Shown: positions 9,047 to 19,011 of the stretch, one piece after another | Numbering within the stretch: the first letter of the stretch is position 1 | How the letters are laid out: every line of letters begins with the position of its first letter | From: Acidilobaceae archaeon | GTDB lineage: Archaea; Thermoproteota; Thermoprotei_A; Sulfolobales; Acidilobaceae | Direction: 5' to 3' | DNA length: 64,000 nt | Assembly (NCBI GenBank): GCA_038824665.1 | Contig: JAWBBK010000001.1 | Span: forward strand, 352,001-416,000 | Program-made: the position numbers and the translations under genes | The notes under the pieces: model-generated | Seen by the model: only the letters and a program-made list of their open reading frames with translations | Told to the model about the DNA's origin: nothing | The model's database searches: none

Positions 9047-10261
9047 TTATGATGAACACTTAAAGAGATCAGAGAGGTTCGTGAAGCCCGGAAGTCTGTT
9101 CTTCACGAACTCTTCGTATAGAGGTTTGCCTAAGAACATCGAATATATTTCGTTAGCTTTGACTACAGGATCGACGTCAGCAAATCTCTCCGGGTAGAGC
9201 ACTTTCCCCATCCAGTAAGCGTTCGCTAACGCTGTAGCTACGTTTGTGTGATAGTGATTATAAGGAAGTACTCCGAAGACTTTGTTCTCTTTAAACGCGA
9301 AAAGACTACAATAAGGTCTAGAGTCTTTCTTGAAATCGTTCAACACGATTGCTAAGTTGTTTTCATCAATGAATACGAGTTCAGGCTGTTTTTTGATTAT
9401 AAATTCGAAGTCTACACTCACAAAGCCTCCTCTACTAAGCTCGTCTACTATTGAGGGAGTGTTGAGAAGCACTAGAGGAACGAACTGACCTTGACTTGAA
9501 GTGAAAGGCTGAGATCCTCTATAAGAGACTGCACCTACATAGACGCTCGGTCTCTTCTCTATAGCTCCAGTTCTAGCTCTCAGGTCTAGAACCACGCGCT
9601 CAACATACATAATGAGTTCTAAAGCTCTCTCCTCTTTACCGAGAGCTTTACCTAAGATCGTGATCGCTCTCTTAAAGTCTTCTAACCTTAAGTATCCTGG
9701 CTCACCATAATCGATGACTATGACTTTAGCTCCTGTCTCTTGCTCGAGTCTATCTGGGTCTATGAACTGCATATACAGTTTGCTCATAACGATCACTTGA
9801 GGTCTTACTGAGACAAGAAGCTCAACGTTAGGAGGTCTTCCAGGTCCTCCAGGTCCTATCGTAGGAAGACCTTTAAGTATCTCATAATAAGCTAAAAGAT
9901 AGTCTCTCCCTGTAGGAGTTCCTGGAGTCCAGGTCTTCTCTATTTCTTCTACTCCTACCACTAGGTCTATAGCTCCAAGGTAGAGCACAAGTCTCAACGC
10001 GCCTGGACCTATAGCTGCTATTCTTGTGATATTTCTTGGAACTGAGACAGTTCTGCCTGCGAAATCTACTATCTCAACATAACTTTCTGATTGGCTTTCC
10101 TCTACTTCTGTTTTCTCTAACGCCTCCGTTTTCTCTAAGCTTTCCGAAGTTCCCATAGAGTCTCGGAAAAACGGACTCAATACATAAGCTGGAAGAGCGA
10201 TCAAGAAGATTACAACTACGCTTATCAAGAACGCGTTTATTAAAAGCCTCTGATAGCTCAT
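9047..10261 (-). CDS. Metal-chelate/cobalamin-type ABC substrate-binding protein
   Basis: N-terminal anchor, DFAGRTVSVP, WMGKVLYPERF.D. Confidence 0.85.
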   Translation of the reverse strand: MSYQRLLINAFLISVVVIFLIALPAYVLSPFFRDSMGTSESLEKTEALEKTEVEESQSESYVEIVDFAGRTVSVPRNITRIAAIGPGALRLVLYLGAIDLVVGVEEIEKTWTPGTPTGRDYLLAYYEILKGLPTIGPGGPGRPPNVELLVSVRPQVIVMSKLYMQFIDPDRLEQETGAKVIVIDYGEPGYLRLEDFKRAITILGKALGKEERALELIMYVERVVLDLRARTGAIEKRPSVYVGAVSYRGSQPFTSSQGQFVPLVLLNTPSIVDELSRGGFVSVDFEFIIKKQPELVFIDENNLAIVLNDFKKDSRPYCSLFAFKENKVFGVLPYNHYHTNVATALANAYWMGKVLYPERFADVDPVVKANEIYSMFLGKPLYEEFVKNRLPGFTNLSDLFKCSS

Positions 10262-10266
10262 GAGTT

Positions 10267-10947
10267 CTACACCTCGAAGAGCTCGTCAACGCTTATGTTT
10301 AAAGTGATGCCTTTTCCAACAACTGCAGGAACTTTAACTCTAGCGCAACCAGGACATAGAGTCATTCCGCTCTTCTCTACAGCCTTGTTAGCCATAACGA
10401 GCTCTCCGCAAACACTACATCTAAAGCTCTTCACTATAGGAGCTCTTTCAGGTACTCTTTGTAACTTAACTCTTGTCACTTTGAAGTAGCTTTCCGAGAG
10501 GTCTGTCAGAGCTAGAGCCGCTTTCTTCCATAGTTCGTGAAACCTTTCGACCTCTTCTCTTGTAGCGCTTCTCTCTACGAGCACTTTGCGTCTAAGTTCT
10601 AGAGCTTCTTCAGGAACCAGTTCCGTGAGGCGTTCAGCATCAAAATAAACTCTTACAGCGTTACCTGATTCTCTTTTGGCTAGAGTAACCGCGTTTTTAC
10701 CTAAATCTAAATATATGAGCGAGTTGTTACCCAAAGTGCAACCTGTCTTGATTTGAACGCCGTCTGCGAAGCAGTTGTTAACCTCGACTATAGCCACTAC
10801 TTCTTCATAAATCGACTCGTAAGCTCCTAATCTACTTACGCCTAGCTTCTCCATAGCGATCTCAGCTGCTCTCATACCGATGACGAGGAAGGGACAGATA
10901 TGACCGTGAAACTCTTCAGCTCTTCTTAGGTCTTCTGAAGAAACCAC
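10267..10947 (-). CDS. FmdE/FwdE-family protein with C-terminal zinc finger
   Basis: FHGHICP, NCFADGVQ..TGCTLGN, CSVCGE and CPGC motifs. Confidence 0.85.
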   Translation of the reverse strand: MVSSEDLRRAEEFHGHICPFLVIGMRAAEIAMEKLGVSRLGAYESIYEEVVAIVEVNNCFADGVQIKTGCTLGNNSLIYLDLGKNAVTLAKRESGNAVRVYFDAERLTELVPEEALELRRKVLVERSATREEVERFHELWKKAALALTDLSESYFKVTRVKLQRVPERAPIVKSFRCSVCGELVMANKAVEKSGMTLCPGCARVKVPAVVGKGITLNISVDELFEV

Positions 10948-11061
10948 ATTAGTGCACCAGCTAGCTCAACATGTGCACCAAGGCTTTTATATCTTCAAAA
11001 CGACGCGATACGAAATCCTAGTTTATTATCTTCTCTATATCTATTTGACTGGGGACAGACT

Positions 11062-11703
11062 CTGAGGCTCGAAGAGAAGCTAAAGCTAATAGTGATAACC
11101 GATAAGAGGCTCAAGCCAGACGTAGTGAAGTCAGTCGAAGAAGCTCTCAAAGGAGGAGCCCCTTCGATACAGCTTAGACTCAAGGACTCGTCTACTATCG
11201 AGATGGTAGAGATAGGTAAAGAGGTCAGAAAGCTCACTAGAGAATACGGAGCTCTATACTTTGTCAATGACAGAGTAGACGTAGCTTTAGCGACAGATGC
11301 TGACGGAGTTCAGCTAGGAGCTGAAGACATGCCGATCGAGCTGGTCAGAGAGAAGATAGCTCCTCATCTGATCGTAGGAGCTTCAGTGCACAGCGTTGAA
11401 GAAGCGATAAGAGCTCAGAAAGAGAGAGCTCATTTCCTTGGAGCTGGTTCTGTCTACTTCACGTCTACAAAACCTGGAGCCAAGGTGATAGGTTTAGAAG
11501 GGCTCAGAGAGATAGTAAGATCAGTAAGTCTACCGGTAGTAGCGATAGGCGGCATCACTGCAGAAAAGGTTACTGAAGTGATAGAAGCTGGAGCAATAGG
11601 AGTTGCAGTAGTGTCAGCAGTTATGGGAGCACCTGACGTGAGGAAAGCTACGAGAGAACTTCTTGACGCTATAGAGAAGGCTTTGCTCAAGAGATATCGC
11701 TGA
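11062..11703 (+). CDS. thiE: Thiamine-phosphate synthase (probable CTG start)
   Basis: IQLRLK, VNDRVDVALA, GVQLG..D, TK and VVAIGGI motifs; N-terminus LRLEEKLKLIVITD after a GGGGA SD. Confidence 0.9.
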   Translation: MRLEEKLKLIVITDKRLKPDVVKSVEEALKGGAPSIQLRLKDSSTIEMVEIGKEVRKLTREYGALYFVNDRVDVALATDADGVQLGAEDMPIELVREKIAPHLIVGASVHSVEEAIRAQKERAHFLGAGSVYFTSTKPGAKVIGLEGLREIVRSVSLPVVAIGGITAEKVTEVIEAGAIGVAVVSAVMGAPDVRKATRELLDAIEKALLKRYR

Positions 11704-11795
11704 GCGGTTTCTAATCTCATAACTTAAAACTTCTTAGCTGTTTATAGCGTACGAACTTTTCATTCGATTAATCAGACTTTATGAAGACCTTTTCT

Positions 11796-12575
11796 CTAAA
11801 TCATCTCTTTCGGAACCTTCCCTGGCTCCACAGCTCTCAATGGTTTTAATCCAACGTTCTCAAGCTTTTTCTTAACGTGTGGATATAGGATCACGTACTC
11901 CCAGTCTACGTCTTTTAGACTTTCGTGAATTTCTTCGAGTCTCTTAACGAACTTCCTTATAGCCTCTTCTCTACTGAATCCTATCATCGCAGCTGCATAG
12001 ACCTCTCTTCCCGGTCTGAGACCAGCGTTGATCAGATTCTCTAACGCTTTGAACTGAAGCTCAAAAGCCTCAGGTCTAGCCCCTGTGAGCATTGCGAACT
12101 CCGAAGGCTCGACTCCCTTAAAAGAGACCCTCACGACTATGTTGGAAAACCTGACCACGTCTCTTGCATAGCTCTCGTCGTAGCCTATGAGTATACCGTT
12201 GGTTTCTATTATGAAAGTAGTATCGGGATGTTCTGAGAACAGCTTAAGAAGTTCAAGAAGATGAGTTCTACCTATAGTGGGCTCTCCTCCGCTAAGCCGT
12301 ACTTGAGAGAGTTCAGCCGATAGCTGAAGACTTCTGATCCTCTCAAAAGCCTTCTCTGGCGACAGGAAGAAGCCTCTTTCATAACAATTCTTGAATCTAG
12401 CGCTCCAACAGAAAACACAAGTCAGGTTACAACCCATAACGTCTCCAGTAGCTATCCCTCCATACCATTTGTCTTTTCTGAACCTGTAGTACATTCTGAG
12501 CGGAGAGTTCTTCTCTACACGAAACACCTTTCTCTCTACGAGTTCAGCTATCTCGATAGGGTCGTAACCTCTCAC
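11796..12575 (-). CDS. Radical SAM protein of unknown function
   Basis: CNLTCVFC, SGGEP and ETNG motifs. Confidence 0.85.
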   Translation of the reverse strand: MRGYDPIEIAELVERKVFRVEKNSPLRMYYRFRKDKWYGGIATGDVMGCNLTCVFCWSARFKNCYERGFFLSPEKAFERIRSLQLSAELSQVRLSGGEPTIGRTHLLELLKLFSEHPDTTFIIETNGILIGYDESYARDVVRFSNIVVRVSFKGVEPSEFAMLTGARPEAFELQFKALENLINAGLRPGREVYAAAMIGFSREEAIRKFVKRLEEIHESLKDVDWEYVILYPHVKKKLENVGLKPLRAVEPGKVPKEMI

Positions 12576-12632
12576 TTACGAACTCCTGATTTAAATGTTA
12601 AGAAGCTAGACCTAATCTCAATGATTGAGACC

Positions 12633-14073
12633 TTATAGGTCTCCTAGCTCTTTTCTGTAAGCTTCTACTAGCTGAGCTCCCCATCCGTCTACGTCTTCTA
12701 GTCTGCCTAAGAAGAACCTAAGCACGGGAGGCTCGTAACGCCAGAACAGCCCTTTGACTAACTCTCTGTGTTCGTAAAGCCAGAGCAGTCTGTCTATGAG
12801 GTAATCCGCGTGAGACCTCAAGTAGGTCCTTCTGGGGAAGGCTGTTCTGATCAGCTCTAGGTCCGCATAGATCTCTCTTTCGTCCTTAGCTCTATCGAGA
12901 GACAAAGTGCCTCTTTCCATCGACCTTATCCCCGAGACTATATAGAGCGCTGCAGAGAGACTACCGGCAGGGTATTTGCTTCTAGGTAGATGATCTAGAA
13001 ACGCAGCAGCATCTACATGGACTCCTAGCCCTCCAGGAGGCAGGACTACTGGAACTCCTTTTCTGTTCAGCTCCTCAACCACATATCTTATCAGCTCGAC
13101 CTCTGAGCCTACGAGCTCTTCTTCTACCATCTCTCTTAAGCCTACAGCCATAGCTGCTACCTCTTTGACAGACATTCCGCCATAGGTTGGAAACCCTTCA
13201 TAAACCGGTACAAGCGTGTAGAGCTTCTCGTAAACATCGCGTCTGTTAGTAGCAATAAGTCCACCTCTTACTGATGGAGCCTTTCTAGCACTCATGTAGA
13301 AAACGTCTGCATAGCCTACGAACTCGCGCGTTATCTCCTTTAAGCTCTTCGAGCCGTAGCCAGGCTCTCTCTCCTTTATGAGATACGAGTTCCAATCTAT
13401 CATGCTACCGTCTATCACAAGCGGAACGCCATACTTATCGCAGAGCTCTCTTACCTCCTTTACGTTCTTCATAGAAACCGGCTGTCCTCCTAGAAGGTTC
13501 GCTACAGCTTCGACCCTTACGAAAGCTACTCTTTCTTTTTTCCTTTCTCAACGTTTCCTCAAGCTTAATCACATCTATGTTACCCTTGAATGGATAAGGG
13601 TTTCCTAGGATCAAATGCTTCTTTCACTGGGATCTCGATCATCTCTCCTCCAGCGAGTTCTACGTGAGCCTTAGTTGTAGTGAAGTGGTAATTAGTCACA
13701 ACGTAGCTACCGGGTTTCACGAAGAGTTTAGCGAGCAAGTGTTCAGCTGCTCTTCCTTGATGAACCTGTAAGACCATACAGAAACCCAGGACCTCTTCTA
13801 CAGCCTTTACGAGATCGTAAAACGAGTTGCTACCTGCATAAGCGTCTTGAGCTTCTATCATTGCAGCTAACTGTTTGGTGCTCATAGCGTTAACTCCGCT
13901 ATCTGTTAACATGTCTAGAAAACCTCGTCTGCTTTCAGCAAGAAAGTGTTCCATCCAGCTCTCTTTATAGCATTGAGTCTCTCCTTTACTGGTAGCAAGG
14001 AGATCTTCTCGAAAACTCTGACTCTAAATCCTTCTACTTTGAGGAAGCCGTCTCTTGACTTGACAACGATCAA
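12633..14073 (-). pseudogene. Tyrosine phenol-lyase/tryptophanase family gene with three single-base indels (pseudogene or sequencing errors)
   Basis: Fragments rejoin to AGWNTFLL..DMLTDSG..HQGRAAE..PFKGNID..GGQPVSM..MSARK..YEGFPTYGG..LRFF; indels in homopolymers at ~13919-13922, ~13598-13603 and ~13536-13541. Confidence 0.85.
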
Positions 14074-14106
14074 GGTAAACCACACAAAAGAGTGAGCAAC
14101 TAACGC

Positions 14107-14925
14107 CTAAAAGGAGACCTTCTCGCAAACCTCTTGCCCCTGGTTACATCTAATCGCTAGTCTATAGACTCTAGACCTTCCGTTTCTTTCCTCTAGCACT
14201 ACTCCATATGATTTGAGAACCTCTAGATGCCACTCCAGCACCGCTCTGCTGATGTTCAGCTTTTGCTGGAGTTGTGAAAACGACATAGAGGATTCTCTAA
14301 GAGCCTCGATTATCGAAGCTCTGATGGGATGATCGAAGACCTCGCTTTCTTCGAGCTTTCCTCGCTTTCTTAGCTTGAGATATAAAGCCGCTAAGACCGC
14401 TGGGGTCTCTTGCACTTTTTCGACTACTTTGTTAAGAGTGTTTGTAGAACTCTTCAAGATCGCTAAAGTCACCGCCAAGACTCCAAGCGTCAGTAAAGGA
14501 GTCATAGAGAAGTCGTCAGCTTTTAAGCTTTCTGCAACTCTGAGCAAAGCTTTTTCGTCGTTTAGCTCACACCAAGCCCTAAGGTCTTCGGAGGAGACAG
14601 TTCTAGAAGACTGTAAAGTCAATAGATCTGAAGAGGCATAAACGTTTGTTCTTCCTTCTTCTACTAATTTCAAGAAGGCTTTTAAATTGGTTTCTTCAGG
14701 AGGATATGCGGTCAAAACGACCAGTCTAGCTTTCCGGAGGTCTAGAGTCTCGAGTTCTGAAGGATATACGATTACGCTCTCTACGAGCTTTCTTTCAGAA
14801 AGTTCTCTGGAGACCTCGAAGCTACATGAGTCTAAAGGGACTACGGTTAGAGCGTCTCTAGAGAGAGCTAGTTGCGACGCTAGCGCTATCGCTATAACTA
14901 AGATTAACACGACATATCTCTTCAA
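14107..14925 (-). CDS. Membrane-tethered ArsR-like winged-helix transcription regulator
   Basis: N-terminal signal/TM, extracytoplasmic domain, second TM, C-terminal HPIRASII...LEWHLEVL...G wHTH. Confidence 0.75.
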   Translation of the reverse strand: MKRYVVLILVIAIALASQLALSRDALTVVPLDSCSFEVSRELSERKLVESVIVYPSELETLDLRKARLVVLTAYPPEETNLKAFLKLVEEGRTNVYASSDLLTLQSSRTVSSEDLRAWCELNDEKALLRVAESLKADDFSMTPLLTLGVLAVTLAILKSSTNTLNKVVEKVQETPAVLAALYLKLRKRGKLEESEVFDHPIRASIIEALRESSMSFSQLQQKLNISRAVLEWHLEVLKSYGVVLEERNGRSRVYRLAIRCNQGQEVCEKVSF

Positions 14926-15008
14926 GTCTTACATTCCTCTTACAACTTTAGGTTGTGAGGCTTAAAAAGAGAGCGTTAGAGAAAAACACGTTGCTGAGAG
15001 AAAGCGAA

Positions 15009-16109
15009 CTACGTTACGAACTTCCTAACTAGTGCGTAGTATAGAGATACTGTAAATATAGCTAAAGAGACTACTAAGAACAACAGGATCACTGCGATTG
15101 CTAGAGCGACCTGGCTAACGTTGAGATAGTAGTTGAAGAAGGAGCTTATCTCAACGCCTCCGCTATCTTGAACGACCATATAAGGATGTCTTGAAGCATC
15201 GTTAACGAACTCTCCCAAGACGGCCACGACTAAGGCTATAGGACCTAAGAGCTTAGCCGTTTCCGGTAAGGTGTTTGAATTCAAGCTCTCGTAGAGTTTT
15301 AAAGAGAGATATATCAGAACTAACACAAGAGCTAGTTTCAGGTAGAAGATAGGCGCTGTGAGACCTATTGTAACTCTTTCAGCTATGTAGCTTGCATTCC
15401 TAAACAAGACGAACCAGTAGAGAAAGCCCACTATAGGCTGAAGTAGCAGAAAGCCCACTGCATACGGTAGAGCTATCTTAGCGCCTTTCACATCTTTATC
15501 TATAGCGGAAACAGAGATCACCACAAAGCCTCCTACAGATATAGCTGCGAAGACTGTATGTACATAGAGCGCCCAGAACAGCGGATTGGTATAAGCTTGA
15601 AACGCTGATGGGTAACCTCCATTTATGAATTCCGTAATGGCATTAGGTGCCGTTATCTCAGCGAATATCGTTCTAAAGCCTAAGGGTACGAGAAATCCTG
15701 AGATAGCCATCACGAAACCTAAAACGCTGTGGTATCTAGGGTTGATCCTACCCCATGTATACCAAAACGCAGCTATTGACGGTATTCTGATCATTATGCC
15801 AGCAACGGCAATAGCTATAGGCATGAACAAAATGTTTGTCGTTAGAGCAACTAAAGAGGGGAAGAAACCAGCTAGTACAACGGTTATTACAGTCCCCCAA
15901 ACTCCTGAGATTAGTTCCGACACCGCTAAAAGTCTGAACGCTCTGCGACTGAAGAGTTCTAGCTCTGGGTCTCTCTTAGCATAGGCTAGGTATCTGTATA
16001 TAGCGGTTATCAGCCCTACGCCTAGAGTTACGGTAACGAACGCTATATGAACTAGTGTGGCCACACCTAGGATTATGAAGAACAGGTTCTCGTAGACCAC
16101 TGTTGTCAC
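15009..16109 (-). CDS. Cytochrome bd-type oxidase second subunit (CydA'-like, CydA paralogue lacking the Q-loop)
   Basis: LVHIAFV, ISGVWGT, YVHTVF and GEFVNDASRHPY parallel CydA motifs; 4-nt overlap with cydA. Confidence 0.75.
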   Translation of the reverse strand: MTTVVYENLFFIILGVATLVHIAFVTVTLGVGLITAIYRYLAYAKRDPELELFSRRAFRLLAVSELISGVWGTVITVVLAGFFPSLVALTTNILFMPIAIAVAGIMIRIPSIAAFWYTWGRINPRYHSVLGFVMAISGFLVPLGFRTIFAEITAPNAITEFINGGYPSAFQAYTNPLFWALYVHTVFAAISVGGFVVISVSAIDKDVKGAKIALPYAVGFLLLQPIVGFLYWFVLFRNASYIAERVTIGLTAPIFYLKLALVLVLIYLSLKLYESLNSNTLPETAKLLGPIALVVAVLGEFVNDASRHPYMVVQDSGGVEISSFFNYYLNVSQVALAIAVILLFLVVSLAIFTVSLYYALVRKFVT

Positions 16110-17722
16110 CTCGAAAGCTTCTCAAGAACTTTCTTTAAAGACTCCTCGATCTTATCGTAACGAGAGGCCACGAGAGCAATTATTGTGATTCCGCTTATGC
16201 TGATCACGATGATCATGATAGAAGCAAAAGCTAAGAACGGAGCGGAATAAGCGTAGTTCACTGTCGTCATTATTTCTTCTGGATACAACAAACCATAAAC
16301 TGTCCAGGGTTTCCTTCCAACCTCTCTGACATACCAACCTAAGCTAGCTGCCACAATAACGCCTAGAGCGACCAGAATTCCAAGAGTCAAGACTGTAGCT
16401 CTAGATCCAGCTCTGTTAGCTATAGACCTTGAGATACCTGAAAGAACAGGCACATCGTAAAGGATCCCTGTCATTAGTAGAGACGAGACTATAGCTATTC
16501 CTGCTCCGAGCAACTTCGTGTAATATGCGACGTTAACTATATTGATCAGCCTTTCAGCTTTTTCGAGGTCAGCTAGACAGACGTCTTTAGCTTTAGTTGT
16601 CAAAACAGCATCGATCTTACTTCCATCTAGCTCCAGCCCTATGTTTGTAGCTATGTTTTCTACATCTCTCTTGCTGATTCCAAGCTTTGTAGCCAGTTCT
16701 CCAAGAGTGATGTCTCCTAGAGCTTCGCACTTCTCTCTGAACTTATCGAATCCTTCAATTGGATGATTAGGATCTCCGTAAGCTATTATGCCGATTATTG
16801 GGTTATAGTATGTCTCTTTAGCTCTCTCCATCATTGCGAACTTAGTGGGATTGTATTCTACCACCATTGCGCCCATGTAATGAGCCGACACAGTAGCTTG
16901 TATTAAGAGCAACAACAGGATCGGAGCCATGAACGTAGCTATGATCTTAAGTTTTTTCTCATCTCCGGTCTTGTAATATCTGTAAGCCCAGACAGCAAGC
17001 GCTATCGAAGAGCCTACTAAGACAGCAGCGATCAAGTTATGTATTATAGAGGCCCAGGCATAAGGGCTCTTGAATGCCACATAGGGGTCCTCTATCAGGA
17101 GGCCTATCTTTTCAGCTACCTCCGGTCTCTGAATGATCTCTTGAAGAGGTTTATCTGATGCAAGCAGAAGGACTTTAACTATCAGTAGCTTGCCGAGGTC
17201 TATAGATTCCGGTCCATATTCAGGCATAAAGGGATATATGACACTAGCGAGTCCTCCTGTACCCCATGGAGCTATCAGCCACGAGTTGACGCCAGTTATC
17301 AGTGCTCCAGAGAGCAAAGCAAAAGCCCAGTAGGCTAAGATTATCGCTATGCTCTTTCTTGTGCTTATTCTGCCTAGAGTGACTACAAAGAGGATCAAGA
17401 AAGCTATCTCCATAACGAAAGCTATCAGCTCGAGAGCAAGAGGAGCTAAAGCGCTAGTGGCTATAGCTATTATAGTCCCTGGCCATATCTGAATGAGACC
17501 GAACTCCACCAGAGTACCGGTTACAGCTCCTAGAGCAAAGTTTACAGCTAGAACAGCTGTAGCGATCTTGACAGCCTTGAAGTAGGTCTCGTCTCCTGTT
17601 TTAGAGTACTTGTAAAGCAAGAACGCTACAACTAGGGGGAGACCTAGCGTTATGCTAACAAAGAACCCGTGAACGTATATTCCTAGAGCAGACAGCTTGA
17701 GTAAAGAATCCACTTGAGACAC
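16106..17722 (-). CDS. cydA: Cytochrome bd quinol oxidase subunit I
   Basis: NFALGAVTGTLVEFG, IHN, PTKFAMME (Q-loop) and GWYVREVGRKPW motifs. Confidence 0.9.
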   Translation of the reverse strand: MSQVDSLLKLSALGIYVHGFFVSITLGLPLVVAFLLYKYSKTGDETYFKAVKIATAVLAVNFALGAVTGTLVEFGLIQIWPGTIIAIATSALAPLALELIAFVMEIAFLILFVVTLGRISTRKSIAIILAYWAFALLSGALITGVNSWLIAPWGTGGLASVIYPFMPEYGPESIDLGKLLIVKVLLLASDKPLQEIIQRPEVAEKIGLLIEDPYVAFKSPYAWASIIHNLIAAVLVGSSIALAVWAYRYYKTGDEKKLKIIATFMAPILLLLLIQATVSAHYMGAMVVEYNPTKFAMMERAKETYYNPIIGIIAYGDPNHPIEGFDKFREKCEALGDITLGELATKLGISKRDVENIATNIGLELDGSKIDAVLTTKAKDVCLADLEKAERLINIVNVAYYTKLLGAGIAIVSSLLMTGILYDVPVLSGISRSIANRAGSRATVLTLGILVALGVIVAASLGWYVREVGRKPWTVYGLLYPEEIMTTVNYAYSAPFLAFASIMIIVISISGITIIALVASRYDKIEESLKKVLEKLSR

Positions 17723-17816
17723 AGTTTCACCCTAAGGGATTTACATCAGCAGTTCGAAAATGTTTCGGAAAGAAATAAGTTTTTCTTATGACTAGAACAA
17801 ATTCTTCCTGAAGACA

Positions 17817-18344
17817 CTATGAAGAATAGAAACCTACTCTGAAGGACTCAAAGCCTACGTTCATAGCTTTGATTTTGAGAGTCAGATCCACTGTTGAAAC
17901 TCCTTTATCGAAAACTAGATGCTTAGTGCTTCCGCTAGCTAGCGGGAGTTCTATACTCCATTCTGAACTAGCTATGATCAAGCTGGCGACCGATCTCTCT
18001 ATCCCGTCTTCTATGTAAACGGTTATGACTACAGGCCTCTGAGCGCTTACGTAGAGCTTCCCTATATTGATAACGTAATAGCCTGGAACAAGCGTCGCTT
18101 TCAGCTTTAAGCTTTCGTAAAGTGTGTTGTTTCCACATTCTATAGTTCTTCCAACTTCTATCTCGATCCCTGGAAGACCATAAGTAGGTGCGAACATCAG
18201 ACCGAAACAAACTTCTCTTACAGTCTCTTCTCTTATAGTGCCCACAACGCTCTCTAGCTTATAGGCGTACGCTAGAGAGTTAGATATGCTTGAAGCCATG
18301 AAGGCTAGTAGCAATAGCATAATTAAAGCTAGAACTCTTTTCAT
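17817..18344 (-). CDS. Secreted hypothetical protein
   Basis: Signal peptide ending AYA; beta-rich; GGAG SD. Confidence 0.65.
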   Translation of the reverse strand: MKRVLALIMLLLLAFMASSISNSLAYAYKLESVVGTIREETVREVCFGLMFAPTYGLPGIEIEVGRTIECGNNTLYESLKLKATLVPGYYVINIGKLYVSAQRPVVITVYIEDGIERSVASLIIASSEWSIELPLASGSTKHLVFDKGVSTVDLTLKIKAMNVGFESFRVGFYSS

Positions 18345-18412
18345 TTAAAACTCCTATAGCTAGTTCTATGAAAGAAATAGTTTTAAGTGTTATAGTCTAA
18401 ACTAAAAAGGTT

Positions 18413-18925
18413 TTATCGTTCAGTTATGCCTAGCGCTCTAGCTACAAGAGGTACTAGAACTAGAGCTCCTATGCTCATCGGTATGAGCGTTTCACCAGTG
18501 AGGAGCACAGCGAGCTTGAGAGGGTCTCCAGCCTTAGCTATCGTACCGAGAAGCACGATCCCTATGTATATCCCAACGACAATCGAATCAATTAAGGCAA
18601 CGACTGGTAGGAGGACTCTTCGATAGCCAAAGAGCTTAAAAAGACCATAGTTTATGATGCAGTAAGTAAAAGTGCACGCAGTCCCTATCACGACATCCCA
18701 AAATCCATAAGGTGAAAAGAAATTGGCTAAGAACGTTCCTAAGGTGAGTCCTGCCACTCCAGGTAGTCCTAAGATGTAACTGAGAGGAGAGAGAATGTCT
18801 GACATCCTTACTTGGATAGGTCCATAGCTTATGGGGTGAAGTGCTACCGTCAAAACAAAGTAAACAATAGCCAAAGTTCCAATGATGATCTCTTGTGCCG
18901 ATACTGGGAATCTTTTATTCATCAA
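18413..18925 (-). CDS. queT: QueT-family ECF substrate-binding (S) component
   Basis: PISYGPIQVR.S, GLTLG.FLANFFSPYG.WDVVIG. Confidence 0.8.
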   Translation of the reverse strand: MMNKRFPVSAQEIIIGTLAIVYFVLTVALHPISYGPIQVRMSDILSPLSYILGLPGVAGLTLGTFLANFFSPYGFWDVVIGTACTFTYCIINYGLFKLFGYRRVLLPVVALIDSIVVGIYIGIVLLGTIAKAGDPLKLAVLLTGETLIPMSIGALVLVPLVARALGITER

Positions 18926-19011
18926 TTTTGGAGCTTCACCGGAACCCGAATCTGAAAAAGTCAGAACATAATAAAGCTTTCGCTTATCCTCAGCCTCTAG
19001 GGCTTCTCATA

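Noticed and set aside
13530-13925. Programmed frameshifting or stop-codon recoding (Sec/Pyl) in the lyase gene
   Set aside because: Three separate shifts would be needed; the stops arise from indels, not in-frame UGA/UAG at conserved positions
17750-17772. TTCGAAA-like palindromes in the cydA and peroxiredoxin (~30133) promoters as a shared oxygen regulon
   Set aside because: TTCGAA is common throughout the window, so the match is not distinguishable from chance
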